DNA of 64,000 nucleotides from Octopus sinensis (GCF_006345805.1 NC_043003.1:104780001-104844000), one strand, 5' to 3'; counted from the stretch's first letter, positions 11,715 to 24,872 are shown. Numbers and translations are program-made. Notes: a model not told the origin generated them from the letters alone.

Positions 11715-13261
11715 CTGAAATAAGAAAAAGATAAGAAATAAATAAAATGTAAATAATATAGGATGAGTGCTGCATCTTATCATCCCATCTGTTACAAAGA
11801 TGAAATGTCATGCATCATCATCATCACCATTATCACATGCAATTATCCTCATCATCACCATTGTCATCACAATCCTCACCCACCACCATCACTACTATGA
11901 ACATGATCACAGGACAAGCAAATGAGGGAATCTCTACATGGTCACATGACTTACTAGAAATAACAGTTAAATCAACATCAAATCACACTCCTCCACCTTA
12001 AAAAGTGAAGGATGTACATTTTTCTGTGTTGTTTTAGATCCATCCCCAACAGATGTGATGATTATTGTCGGAACACCTCTGCTGATAGATCTGTTAGATC
12101 AGAGCTGATCTGGAGCTAAGCAACATGATTACATGAGTGAATGAAGGAGTCTCCATGTGGTTTGCCCAACCTGTTAGAAAGAGTAGCCAAAACCTCCTCA
12201 AATCCACATTCTCACCCAATGTCTTAAGAAAACACACAGCCATAAACAGATGATATCAGAAAAAAGATGGTATAGAACTCCTTGGACCAAAAAATAAATA
12301 CCTCAAAGCTGACCCACGGTTTAACAACAATAACCACATTACATTTGTCTTAGGACAAACATCCAAAGTCTTCTGATAGAAATGTTCCAATAGAAGAATT
12401 GGAGAATTCTGTTGATCAAAAGTAACAAGTAACATTTGTTCATTATTAACCATGTGTTTAGGGTTATGAATAGACAGGGTCCTAAGCAGACAATGTACAG
12501 AATGGTTAGACTTTGTGCCATATGGATGGTATGCAGAGTGGATAGGATACAATGGAGGATAGAATGTTAGCCAAATAGCTAAAAGAGAGTTCATATTCCA
12601 TCACTAGCACTACAGAGACAATTAACAATAGGTAACATAAGGAGGCACAGTCCATCATTATAATCAAATTGTTTATCTTCATTTTAAAGTCAGCTTGACA
12701 GGATTGAAATGAAATAGTTCTTTATGGACCTGGAGAAGACAAGCAGCCACACTCCAATGAAATGAAATAATTCTTAGGACCTGACCAACAGAGAATCATA
12801 CTCCAATACAATTCCCTGGAATATCTTTTAAATTTGATCTTTTACTTGTTTCAGTCATTTGACTGTGGCCATGCTTGGGTTATTGCCTTGAAGGGTTTTT
12901 AGTTGAACAAATTGACCTTAGGATATTTTTTGAAGCCTAGTATTTATTCTATCAGTCTCTTTTACCGAACTGCTAAGCTATGGAGATGTAAAAACATCAA
13001 CACCAGTTATCAAGTGGTGGTGGTGGAGGACAAGCACAGATACAAAGCAACATATACATAGATATATCAGGCTTCTTACAACTTTTGTTGGTCTGAGGCT
13101 ATAGTAGAAGACATTTGCCCAAGGCACCACGCAGTGGAACTGAACCCAGAACCATGTCGTTGGGAAGCAAACTTCTTAGCATACACCCATATTTATATAA
13201 CGATTTCAGTGAGACTCTCATCACCAAATTGCTCCTAGATATTATACAGAAAATGACATAC

Positions 13262-13366
13262 CTAGTCTCCGGTAACCTTCTGAGTTAGACACAGGTCCTG
13301 GTGCTAAACACAACACACGTATACCATTGGGTCCCCATTCCACAGCAAGGTGCTTTGTCAAAGCGT
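13262..13366 (-). CDS. DECR2: DECR2 coding exon 7 ([34 protein letters not shown])
   Basis: acceptor aactcag|AC, donor G|gtatgt, 105 nt; LAVEWGP..IRV...APGP motif. Confidence 0.95.
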
Positions 13367-13984
13367 CTGAGTTTGCATAGCAAGAAAAGAAAAAAAAAAA
13401 GATGAAGAGAAACAAGAAAGTAATGCAAGCCACTTAATGAGCAATAGGTGGAGAAACAAGAATTTATTTACAATTTCAGTTTTATCAAATTTTAATCTTG
13501 AGAAGTAAAACTTCTATAACATGAGACAAAAAGGTATTGCAAAGATGGGTGGTAGGCTGTGATATTTAAAACAGGTAAAGATGGATGGATTCTATTATTC
13601 AAATCTAGTGAGGGTGTGTGGTTGTTGGTTCCAGTTTTAAAACCTGGTGTGTTGTGTGTAGATTGTGATATCAAATCTACTGAAGGCTTGTGTGTGGACT
13701 CCAGTGTTCAAATCTGATATGTGATGAGTTAGCCCAGATATTGAGATCTGGTGGAGATGTGCAAGATCTCATAATGAAATCTAGCAAGGGTCTTCATTGT
13801 GTGAGCTCTAATATTAAAATTTGGTGAGGGTGGGTTGTTTGTGGGCAACAATGCTCAAAGCAGCAGTGATATGTAGGCTCCTATATTAAAACCTGGCACG
13901 GTAAGATGGGTTCTAAACCTCAAAGGACTATTACACCTCACAAATATGATTTACAAGAAGATGAAGGATTATTATAACAATAGT

Positions 13985-14385
13985 ACAATAAAAAATAATA
14001 ATAATAATAATATAATAATGAAATTATTGTATACAGTGCTCAGGTGCACCACAACTTGTCAGAAAGTGCGTATAAAGTACATGCAGTAATGTAAAAATGT
14101 CTGGAAAGCGAACAATGTATGAGTCAGATACATGCTTGTGTGTGTATGGAGGGGAGAAAATCAGGTGTAGTGTTGGTGAATCTCAGAAAGCATGGAAGTC
14201 TTGAAGGATGCAGTGCTCCGACAACTAACAACTGATGCCGGCAGTTTGTTCCATGCTTCAGCAACTCTCAGCATGAAAAAATGTTTCCTGAAGTCATGGG
14301 AGCTGTGCTGTTTTCTGACTTTGTAAATATGTCCACGGGTGTTAGATGGGTGGAGTTTGAAAAGGTGCTCAGAGTTATTGTTTGT
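13985..14385 (-). mobile_element. CR1-group LINE 3' fragment with (ATT)n tail
   Basis: SEHLFKLHPSNTRGHIYKVRKQHSSHDFRKHFF. Confidence 0.9.
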
Positions 14386-14439
14386 AATAAAAACATTAAC
14401 AATAATAACAATAACAGAAAAGACTGAAATACTTGTTAC

Positions 14440-14533
14440 CAATTGCAGACTTGGCAGCACCTACATGACACTGCATTGGTACTCCTCTGTAATGTTGAGT
14501 GGCTGTGATATTGAGGATGACACCTCCATGATC
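14440..14533 (-). CDS. DECR2: DECR2 coding exon 6 ([32 protein letters not shown])
   Basis: acceptor atgtttcag|G, donor G|gtaaca, 94 nt; DHGGVI.NITAT and H..AAK motifs. Confidence 0.95.
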
Positions 14534-14799
14534 CTGAAACATTAAAGAGAAAACATGTATGCGTTGTGATGTTGATGTATTAATATGTCAGATTATAGTC
14601 TATAGGGAAATACTAAAACATTATCAAGTTCACTAAGCAAACTTTAATATCATCTCACTGTGAAGATTTAAAGTAAAATATTAAAAATGAGTGCAAATAT
14701 ATATGTACTTTATTGATAAAGTATATCACTCTACCTCTAGTATTTGAATACTATTTTTTTCCACCTTGTTTCACATTTATGTGCTTGCTCTGGTTGGTA

Positions 14800-14838
14800 T
14801 GTATGTATGTATGTATGTATGTATGTATGTATGTATGT

Positions 14839-14898
<60 letters not shown>
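14800..14898. repeat. (TATG)n followed by (TG)n microsatellite
   Basis: direct reading; many similar AT, CA and CATA tracts occur throughout the window. Confidence 0.95.
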
Positions 14899-14919
<21 letters not shown>

Positions 14920-16232
14920 TATGCTAGCGTGTTAGCCATTATATAATGGGTGACTTTGGAAGTATACTTTTGTCACCCCTATGGAGTAGAAACATGGCCC
15001 CTCTCGAAGGCCCTGGTAAAGAGGATCAACAGCTTCAATAGCAGAGCCTTGAGAACCATTGACAACATTAGATGGTGCCACCATATTCTCAACAAGTAAC
15101 TGCATGTGTGCATGCATCAGTCTGCAACCTACCACCTCATAGCTGTGTGCCTCATGCACTGGTATAGACATGTCCTCCATCTCCCACTAGTTCAGCCCCA
15201 CACCAGATGGCTGGATGCGATTAAGGAAGATCTCCAGAGGCTTGATGTCACCTTGGAGGATGCAGAGAGGTTAGTATAGGACCTCAAGAGATGGAGAGTA
15301 CTGGTGGACCTGGTTGGCTCTAAGCATGACGTCTTTGAGACCACTAATCTGGGATGACCTCAGCCCCATCAAACAAGAGCATGAAGCAAAGTGAAGCACC
15401 ATGGGTAATATCAGGCAATATGGCATAAATATAATAATTATAATTTATCTCTCAGCAAATTTCTTGATATCATCAACCCAGTTGTTAACTACTTTATTAA
15501 CTCCAAAAGGATGAAAGCAAAGTTGATCACAGTGGGATTTTTTCAGGGTGATGGGGTTAGTTGATTTCATCAACTCCAGTACTTGACTTCTACTTTATTT
15601 TATCAACCTTGAATGGATAAAAGGCAAAGTTGCCTCCAACACAAGGTCATAAATCTAGGGGAAGGGATCAGTTGATTAAGTTGATATAATGAATATCAAT
15701 ATATAATATATATTTTATCGATCTCAGAAAGATGAAAAGCAGAACTGACCTTGGCAAGATTTGAACTCAGAACGTAAAGAGCTGGATGAAATGCCACTAA
15801 GTATTTTGACTAACATGTTAATGATTCTGCCATAACAACAACTGCATGGATAAGTACAGGGAGCAACAACCCTGTAAAATGCGAGCAGTTTGTAGAGCAG
15901 CAACTCGACAAACTATATTCATCTTGTCTGATTCTGTTGGGGCCACAGCAGGACCTAGAGACACACAGAATCATAGTGAATAGAGGACTGACACACCACA
16001 CCATACATTCAACTGAGCGTGTCAGAATGAGAAGTGTGATCATCAATTTAATGGAAAGTATAGTGTATTCAGAGCTGTATATATTTATCAAGAGCACACA
16101 CACACACACACACTCAGCCAGCTGTATAGTATGTTGCCACTGAGATCTAGAGTTACACAAAAATAACAAGTCCCAAAAATGACAATCATTACAGAAACGT
16201 AGCTGTATGCTTGAACAAGATACTCTACTCAC

Positions 16233-16357
16233 TTTCATGTATTTCTCATAGACCACTTTACTGACATTAAAGGTTCCCATGGTGTCAATTTCTTGGATAG
16301 TTTGGAAAGCATGGAATGACATATTGGAGGCCAAACACAGGAAGTTGCCGGCAGCAC
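16233..16357 (-). CDS. DECR2: DECR2 coding exon 5 ([41 protein letters not shown])
   Basis: acceptor cattgcag|GT, donor AAA|gtgagt, 125 nt; AAGNFL and IDT.GTFN motifs. Confidence 0.95.
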
Positions 16358-16405
16358 CTGCAATGAAGGTGATGAACAAAAAGACAGGTGTGTTTTAGAA
16401 ATACA

Positions 16406-16799
16406 TCTCTATATATATAAACGGCAAAATGTCTGTGTGTGTGTCCTTTATACAAATCCACAATTTTTCAGTTAGAGGCTCTCGCACTTTCTATGGTCAC
16501 TCAAAACCATCCAAGGGTGGTCGTGCACATCTTTACATTTCCCCAGTCACCCTGCAAAGCCATTAAAAAATCAATAGAAGTGACTGTTTTGTGAATTTTC
16601 TATCGAAAACCCAATCAAAATGCCCGAAACTTGATATGCCAGCTAGCTGTATGTGATTGGTTGGAGATTTGGACAGTACTCGCATGTATGTGTGCACGCA
16701 CATGCAGCTGTATATGCATGCACTAGCTGTATATGCATGCACTAGCTGTATATGCATGCACTAGCTGTATGACCCGGCATTGCAGGGTCATAGTGCTAG
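16406..16799 (+). mobile_element. Non-autonomous Helitron, family 1
   Basis: A|TC start, GACCCGGCATTGCAGGGTC hairpin, CTAG|T end; internal 19-bp tandem repeat. Confidence 0.85.
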
Positions 16800-17229
16800 T
16801 ATACCATATAATTGTGTGTATATGTGTTTATATATACACATAAAAAGTAGCTTGCTTTCTTGTGGTTCAAGTTTTATTTCAAACAAACTCTATACTTTAC
16901 AATAGGTACTGAGTTCCCTTTCCTGCATTCATTTGACAAAAAGATCAACATTTAAAACACCATACACACTCATTCATGAACACACATACACACACGAAGA
17001 CTCTACGTACAATAAATATTAATATATATTTTTAGGTATAATTATATTTAAAAACAGTTAAACATTAAACCAAGGGAATACTCAATACCCTTTGGTAGAG
17101 TAACATTTTGTTTTGGCAAAGTTGACAGTGACTTCACAGTTTTGGTTATACAGCCTTCATCCAAATGTCATGTAGTTAGATTGAAGTAAATGTCAATGTT
17201 TTCCTTGTGAAAATTATATATATTATATG

Positions 17230-17447
17230 TTTCTTTATTACCCACAAGGGGCTAAACACAGAGGGGACAAACAAGGACAGACAAACAAATTAAATTGATT
17301 ACATCGACCTCAGTGCGTAACTGGTACTTATTTAATCGACCCCAAAAGGATGAAAGGCAAAGTCGACCTCGGCGGAATTTGAACTCAGAATGTAATGGCA
17401 GACAAAATACGGCTACACATTTCGCCCAGCATGCTAACGGTTCTGCC
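17230..17447 (-). mobile_element. SINE, second family; related copies at about 15480-15830, 28100-28590 and 59021-59236
   Basis: GAGTTCAAATTCCGCCGAGGTCGAC B-box-like motif; same body as the TSD-flanked copy at 59021. Confidence 0.8.
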
Positions 17448-18284
17448 ATCTCACACACACACACACATATATATTATATATGTGTGTGTGTATATCTGGT
17501 TATCAGACAAATTCGTTTTTTCCCATTTATTTTAATCCTTATTTTTCATCAATAATTTTAACAAATCAGTGAATAACGTGTTCTTTTTCATTGTTCATGA
17601 CTACTGGCCAACATTCCACTTGTTTGTCAATGCCTTAAGGATAGAAACCACCAGGCCATGATTCCGAAAATTCAATGTTTTCACCTCTATGCATCTCTGT
17701 CCTCACTGCCCACTATCACCACTTGACAATCAGTATTGGTGTGTTTATGTCCCTGTAACTTAGGAGTTCAGCAAAATAGTCCAACCAAATAAGTATTAGG
17801 CTAAAAAAAATAGGTTCTGGGGTTGATTCATTAGACTAAAATTGCTCAAAGCAATGCCCCAGCATGGCCACAGTCTAGTAACTGAAACAAGTAAAGGATA
17901 AAAGATGGGGGCAAGCACTGTAGCATTAAAGAAGCACATTGTCACTGGTCAGGTTGTTTCAGCTGGATTAACTCATTGAGTCAGAGCATTTGCTAAACCT
18001 AAAGCCCTGCATAGACTGTGTGGTTGTTTCCAAGCATTTTGCAGTAGATTAGTATTTCCCACCAAATGCAGATCACCATCTCATGTGGATGTCACTTTGG
18101 CTCAGTCAGAAGTGTTGCTTGCCTTTCAGGATGTACTCATTCTTTCCTCTGCTTTATGTTGATCTAAAGACACTATTTTTCGTCACCAGAGACAATGCAA
18201 TAAAGAAGTCTCTGTGTTCTTAAGTAGCCTAGTGTCAAATGAGTAAACTGGTGGTAACAGGGGGGTGGTGCTGGAGTTAGTCTC

Positions 18285-18470
18285 TTTTGTTCGAAGCCTG
18301 TGACACTCATGCACTGTGTGAAGGTGATGGGTGATGATATTGTGAAAGCACAAACACTGCCAGATCTGACTGGACTGGTGCAGCTTTCGGGCTCCCCAGA
18401 CCCCAGTTGAACCGTCCAACCCATGCTAGCATGGAAAGCGGACGTTAAATGATGATGATGATGATGATGA
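18285..18470 (+). mobile_element. RTE 3' terminal fragment with (GAT)n tail, opposite to the adjacent 18945 copy
   Basis: ccatgctagcatggaaagcggacgttaaatgatgatgat. Confidence 0.85.
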
Positions 18471-18944
18471 TTCTCTTGTGGATTAGATAGTTTAATCAAT
18501 TTTTATTGAACTGAACAGGTCAGCCAGAACACGGAAATTATGTGAGGTCCAATTCCCACCCATCCACTCTTGAAGTGTGGAAACTATTTCTATGCAGTTC
18601 TTTCAGTATTAGCACCTTCTCTGTACACAGCACAAAAATCCTTGAGTGGTTCTGGCAGCATTGGGACCTTGACTGAAAGTGAAGAGAAGTAGGTATCGAA
18701 AATGTTCACTTTTTCCTACTTAGCAATCTTTGCTATCAGTAGAGAGAGAAAATGTATTCAAACTTCTAAAAGGATAAACGAAAGTTGTAGAGAAAAACAG
18801 CTACAAAAAAAGAAAAGAAAAATGTCCATAAAGCTATGATAAGCATATTTTTTGTGTAAATTAAAATAATATTGGAAAGAAATGAACGAATTTATCTAAC
18901 AAGTCCAATATAGAAATATATGCACATGCATTCATACATACATA

Positions 18945-21137
18945 TATCATCATCATCATCATTTAGCGTCCGCTTTCCATGCTAGCATGGGTTGGATGGT
19001 TCAACTGGGGTCTGGGAAGCCAGAAGGCTGCACCAGGCCCAGTCTGATCTGGCAATGTTTCTACGGCCGGATGCCTTTTCTAACGCCAATCACTCCATGA
19101 GTGTAGTGGGTGCTTTTTACGTGCCACCGGCACAGGTGCCAGACGAGTCTGGCAAACGGCCACGATCGGATGGTGCTTTTTATGTGCCACCGGCACAGGG
19201 GCCAGAGAAGGCTGGCAATGGCCACGAACGGATGGTGCTTTTTACGTGCCACCGGCACAAGGCCAGTCGAGGCGGTGCTGGCAACGGCCACATTCGGATG
19301 GTTCTCTTACGTGCCACCGGCATTGGTATCTCAGCTGCAATTTCCATTGATCGATTTCGATTCTGATTCTCACTTGCCTCAACAGGTTTTCACAAGTAGA
19401 GTTTTGCGTCCCAAGAAGGAAAGGTATGCATAAGTGGACTGGCTACATCCCGTGTAGAAGGCCACGGGTTATGGTCTCACTTGTCCTGCCGGGTCTTCTC
19501 AGGCACAGCATACTTCCAGAGGTCTTGGTCTCTAGTCATTTCCTCAGTGAGACCTAAAGTTCGAAGGTCGTGTTTCACCACCTCATCCCAGGTTTTCCTG
19601 GGTCTGCCTCTTCCACAGGTACCCTCAACCGCTAGGGTGTGGCATTTTTTCACACAACTATCTTTATCCATTCTCGCCACATGACCATACCAGCACAAAC
19701 GTCTCTCTTGCACACCACATCTGATGCTTCTTAGGTCCAGCTTTTCTCTCAAGGTACTTACACTCTATCGAGTATGAACACTGACATTACACATCCATCG
19801 GAGCATACTGGCTTCATTTCTTGCAAGCTTACGCATATCCTCAGCAGTCACGGCCCATGTTTCACTGCCATGTAGCATGGCTGTTCATACACACACATCA
19901 TACAGTCTGCCTATTACTCTGAGCGAGAGGCCCTTTGTCACCAGCAGAGGTAAGAGCTCTCTGAACTTTGCCCAAGCTATTCTTACTCTAGCAGTTACAC
20001 TTTCAGCACACCCACCCCCGCTACTGACTTGGTCACCTAGGTAACGGAAGCTATCAACTATTTCTAGTTTTTCTCCCTGGAAAGTGACAGAAGTTGGTCT
20101 CAGAGCATTTTCAGTGTTTATTGTTCCTGAGCATCTGCCACATACAAAAACTATCTTCCTAGTTAGCCTTCCTTTGACATTGCTGCACCTCTTATGTGTC
20201 CATAGCTTACACTTGGTGCACCTTATAGAGTTTCTACCAACACCTCTTCTACAGATCGAGCAGGGCCATCTACCAGAAGGCATTTGTGATTTGTCTACCT
20301 TCCTACTTATTAGGACTTTGGTTTTGGCTAGATTGACTCTAAGGCCCTTCGATTCTAATCCTTGCTTCCACACCTGAAACTTCTCCTCCAGTTCTGATAG
20401 TGACTCAGCAATTAGAGCAAGGTCATCAGCATAGAGGAGCTCCCAAGGGCATCCTGTCTTGAATTCCTCCGTTATTGCCTGGAGGACTATGATAAATAGG
20501 AGGGGGCTGAGGACTGAGCCTTGATGGACCCCTACCTCTACCCGGAATTCTTCACTGTACCCGTTGCCAACCCTCACCTTACTAGCAGCGTCCCTGTACA
20601 TGGCTCGCACAGCTCTCACTAACCATTCATCTATCCCTAGTTTCCTCATTGACCACCAGATAAGGGATCGGGGGACCCTGTCGAAGGCTTTCTCCATGTC
20701 AACAAAAGCCAGGTACAGGGGCTTATCTTTGGCTAGGTATTTCTCCTGCAGCTGCCTTACCAGGAATATAGCATCAGTGGTATTTTTCCCTGGCACAAAC
20801 CCAAACTGCATCTCATCTAAACTAACTCTCTCTCAAATTAGTTGGGCTATGACCCTCTCCGTAACCTTCATTACCTGATCCAACAGCTTGATACCCCTGT
20901 AGTTATTTGTATCTAGGGCGTCACCTTTACCTTTGTAGCAGTTGACTATTATGCTGCTACACCAGTCATTGGGTATGACTCCTTCGTGTATCACCTGATT
21001 AACTATACAGGTAACTAGGCTATAGGCGACACTACCAGATATTTTGAGCATCTCTGCAGTGATTCCTGATGGGCCTGGGGCTTTCCCTGTCTTCATGCTT
21101 CTAATTGCCTTAACTACCAAGGAACTGTCAACTCGGA
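18945..21137 (-). mobile_element. 5'-truncated RTE LINE: RT plus PHD finger, one frameshift and one nonsense codon
   Basis: QFGFVPGK.TTDAIF, GVHQGSVLSPLLF, LLYADD; C4HC3 motif at about 20130-20270; (GAT)n tail. Confidence 0.95.
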
Positions 21138-21540
21138 TATATATATTTAAATATATATATATTTATATATATATATATTTAAATATATATATTTAAATAT
21201 ATATATACAAACACACTTATACACGTGCATGCATACCTACATACATACACCATCATTATGATTGTTGTTTTAATGTCCACTTTTCCATGATTGCATAAGA
21301 CAGACAGAATTTGTTGAAACAAATTTTCTATGGCTGGATGCCCTTCCAGTCACCAACCCTTACCTGTTTCCAAGTAAGGTAATGTTTCCCATGGCTAGAC
21401 ATGTTTTTCACAGAAAACTGGAAATGAACAACATCACCTGTATGACAAAGCTGCTTGTTTACAACCAGCATGTTACGTCAGGAAAAGGGTACACACACAC
21501 ACAAGAGAAAAGAACATGGGCATAACTTGATTCTTTTATA

Positions 21541-21658
21541 TTTCAACTGTTACTTATGTTTCAGTATTTAGTGACATATAACATCACACTATAGCTGTTA
21601 CCAGTAGATGCAGCTTATAGGACCAACATGGAGCAAATACATCATCAGACAATCAAAA
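21541..21658 (-). ncRNA. Type-I hammerhead ribozyme candidate, sense to DECR2 intron 4
   Basis: TTTTGATTGT-CTGATGA-T-GTATTTG...TAAATAC-T-GAAA-C(ATAA)G-TA|ACAGTTGAAA; 10-bp helix I; extended helix II; GUA cleavage triplet between 21551 and 21550. Confidence 0.7.
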
Positions 21659-22193
21659 AAGAAATCATCATCATCATCATCGTTTAACGTCTGCTTTCCA
21701 TGCTAGCATGGGTTGGACGATTTAACTGAGGTCTGGCGAACCAGAGGTGAAATATAAGTTAGAACAACCAGATGATGATGTAGTCACATGCCCTAGGATG
21801 AAGCAGAATGGGGAGAGTAGGTAGATAAAATTTGATCTAATTGTTGCACATCATGTGTATCCCCCACCTATCCCCAACACATATCTACACAATAGGCCTC
21901 TTCCAGTTTCTATCTACCAGATCCACTTGCACTAGTTAAACTAGAAAGATGAAGTGAAACACATCAAAGTATGATGAAGTCTATACCTCACAGATTAGTG
22001 CATAAAAATACCAGAATATATCTGAAGTTGTTTACTATAACTACCGACATAATTAAAATAAGGTCTTTTCAAGAAGGGAATCAAATTACCTATTTTCAAA
22101 TTTCTCAATGCTTGAAAGGAAACTAAAACAAATTCAGTTAAAGAAATATTAATTAGCAAAGAAATTTTTCTTTTTGCTTTTACACATTAATTA

Positions 22194-22557
22194 GGATCTT
22201 TACCTTTTGACCTACAGATTTAAAATATAATTTTTTGTAACTAAACACTTTCAAACTTCGGACATTGGTAGAATTTGTCATATAATAACATCTTTTACTC
22301 TTAGCATTTTTGGGAAAAACTTATATTTACGAAGTTATTTCACGTTAAAGTTCTCGTATATCGGTAATTTCAACCAATCAATGACGTGTATTCAGCTGAA
22401 TAAAATTACTGCTCTTGTTTGTCAACTACAACTATCGGCGGTGTATATTTCGTTTGTCACTGTTATTTATGACATCATTTGTGCGTTTGTACTGGTTTTA
22501 AGGTTTTAGGGTGAAGGTTGTCAAAAATAACAGTGACAAACGAAATATACACCGCCA
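22194..22557. mobile_element. GGATC-terminus foldback MITE, copy A (right end truncated)
   Basis: GGATCTTTACCTTTTGACC terminus; homologous to 32157-32755. Confidence 0.85.
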
Positions 22558-22668
22558 GACTAGTGCATATAAATGTTGTATATCTTCTCAGTAATTCTTT
22601 TCATTGCTACTTCGTTAAAAACGTTGAAGTGTCCTAATTGCTGAGGGAGTCAGGATAATACATCCATG

Positions 22669-22876
22669 GGATCTTTTCACTTTGACCGGCAGATTTTTAA
22701 AATAATTTCTATGTAACTAAAAACTTTTAAACTTCGTATACTGGTAGAATGTGTTTATAAAACATCTTTTTCTCTTGGCTTTTTTGAGAAAATTCTGTAG
22801 TTTGTAACATATTTGTTGTTTAATTTCTTGCATTTCAGCAATTTCAACCAATCTGCCGGTCAAAATGAAAAGATCC
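22669..22876. mobile_element. GGATC-terminus MITE, copy B (one full arm plus a short right end), flanked by an inverted duplication
   Basis: GGATCTTTTCACTTTGACCGGCAGA...TCTGCCGGTCAAAATGAAAAGATCC. Confidence 0.85.
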
Positions 22877-22978
22877 CATGGATGTATTCAAGCCTTATTC
22901 TGACTCCCTTAGCAATTAGGAGACTTCAAAGTTTTTATCGAAGTAGCAATGAAAAGAATTACTGAGAAGATATACAAC

Positions 22979-24125
22979 GGATCTTTTCTATTCTGAAGCC
23001 AGTTTTTTCAAATTTTTCCTACTGAACCAAACAATTTGAAACTTCGTATACTGGTAGAATGTGTCAAAAGTAAACTTAATTGTAAACCAGAATGAAAACG
23101 GAATTGTAACTTCTAAGTTTAACGTTGTTTAATAATTAGAATTTTAACCAATGATATTCCGTCATTCGGCTTTATTTTATTTACTCCGTCTCGACCACCA
23201 ATTTCGTGACGTATTAAACATCTTAAATGTAAACAAGCGTGTGTGAAGAGACAGAGAGAGTAATGTGTGAAAGAGAGAGATAACTGAAATTTTTTACTCG
23301 GTGTATGTGTATATGTATGTCTGCATGTATGTGTGTGTGTATGTATGTGTAAGTATGTGTGTGTGTATGTATGTGTGTGTGTGTATGTATGTATGGCCAA
23401 TTCATCGTAATTACGATGAATCGGCCATACATACATAGATACATACACACACACACATACATGCAGACATACATATACACATACACCGAGTAAAAAATTT
23501 CAGTTATCTCTCTCTTTCACACATTACTCTCTCTGTCTCTTCACACACACTAACAGAAGCACTTCACTTACACAACATACTGTCTCCCACACCCCATCAA
23601 ACACACACACACACACACATGTACATCAATGCTTCCCCTAGACGGTAACTTCAAAGACAAACTTCCCTCGTCATAAAATCGCTTCCTCTTAGTCTCTTTC
23701 GTTCTCATTACTTATGTAAAAAAATAAAAGTTTTTTACGGAAATCGACGGAAAACTTGTGCTACGACAAGAGAAACTTCGCCGAAATTTAATATTAAAAA
23801 AGCAAAGAGCTGGCAGAAACGTTAGCACGCCGGGCGAAATGCGTAGCCGTATTTCGTCTGCCGTGTTTGTTTACAGTTTTCCGAACGTTAGTACGTCACA
23901 AAAGCGCTTTCTACGTCACACTAATAGAATGCAGTCAAGTTTTACACATGAAAACAAACAATCTGATTGGTTAAAATTCGCAGTTTTAATCTACGATTAA
24001 AGTCATAAAATAGATTTTTCTCAAATAAACTAGTTCCAACCTGTGTCTTGTTTTGCATACGAAGTTTCAGATTATTTAGTTAAGTAGAAAGATCTGTGGT
24101 CCTGGCTTCAGAATAGAAAAGATCC
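22979..24125. mobile_element. GGATC-terminus element, copy E (1147 bp), with an internal palindrome
   Basis: TIR GGATCTTTTCTATTCTGAAGCCAG; perfect 8-bp TSD TATACAAC (22971-22978 and 24126-24133). Confidence 0.9.
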
Positions 24126-24404
24126 TATACAACATTTATATGCATTAGTCGGTGTAGAAAATTAGTAAATTTTAGAGAGTAAATTACTCTGAGATGCCAC
24201 TCGCACGGAAAACAACGGGGAAGTTAGCGTAAATGTACTCAATGCAGTCAGTATTAAAAAGAGAATTAAAAATAAAGCGGGGAGATAACTCTACTAAAAC
24301 GAAAGTTATAGTGAGTTACTTCCCTTAGAGATAAAATACAAAAGCAATTGGAACGCTTTACAGAAATAAAATCGAAACGGAAAGAAAATATCGTTGGTAC
24401 CAAC

Positions 24405-24474
24405 CATTGATCACAATGTCTATTTTTCCGAATTTCTGCAGTGCTTTATCAACCGCGTTTTGAATTTCATGGGG
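24405..24474 (-). CDS. DECR2: DECR2 coding exon 4 (PHEIQNAVDKALQKFGKIDIVIN-G)
   Basis: acceptor ctcgtttcag|C, donor G|gttggt, 70 nt; FGKIDIVIN SDR motif. Confidence 0.93.
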
Positions 24475-24497
24475 CTGAAACGAGTAAAAATATACAA

Positions 24498-24872
24498 AAC
24501 TCTGAGCACCTTTTCAAACTCCACCTGTCTAACACCCGTGGACATATTTACAAAGTCAGAAAACAGCACAGCTCCCATGACTTTAGGAAACATTTTTTCA
24601 CGCTAAGAGTTGCTGAAGCATGGAACAAACTGCCGGTATCAGTTGTTAGTTGTCGGAGCACTGCATCCTTCAAAACTTCCATGCTTCCTGAGATGCGCCA
24701 ACACTACACCTGATCTTTCTCCCCTCCATACACACGTAAGCATGTATCTGACTCATACATTGTTCGCTTCCCAGACATTTTTACATTACTGCATATGCTT
24801 TATATGCACTTTCTGACAAGTTGTGGTGCACCTGAGCACTGTATACAATAATTTCATTATTATTATTATTAT
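24498..24872 (+). mobile_element. CR1-group LINE 3' fragment with (ATT)n tail
   Basis: same family as 13985-14385. Confidence 0.9.

Noticed and set aside
15810-16379. 189-aa ORF as a single-exon gene
   Set aside because: Read-through of DECR2 exon 5 into intron sequence containing a microsatellite and a LINE remnant.
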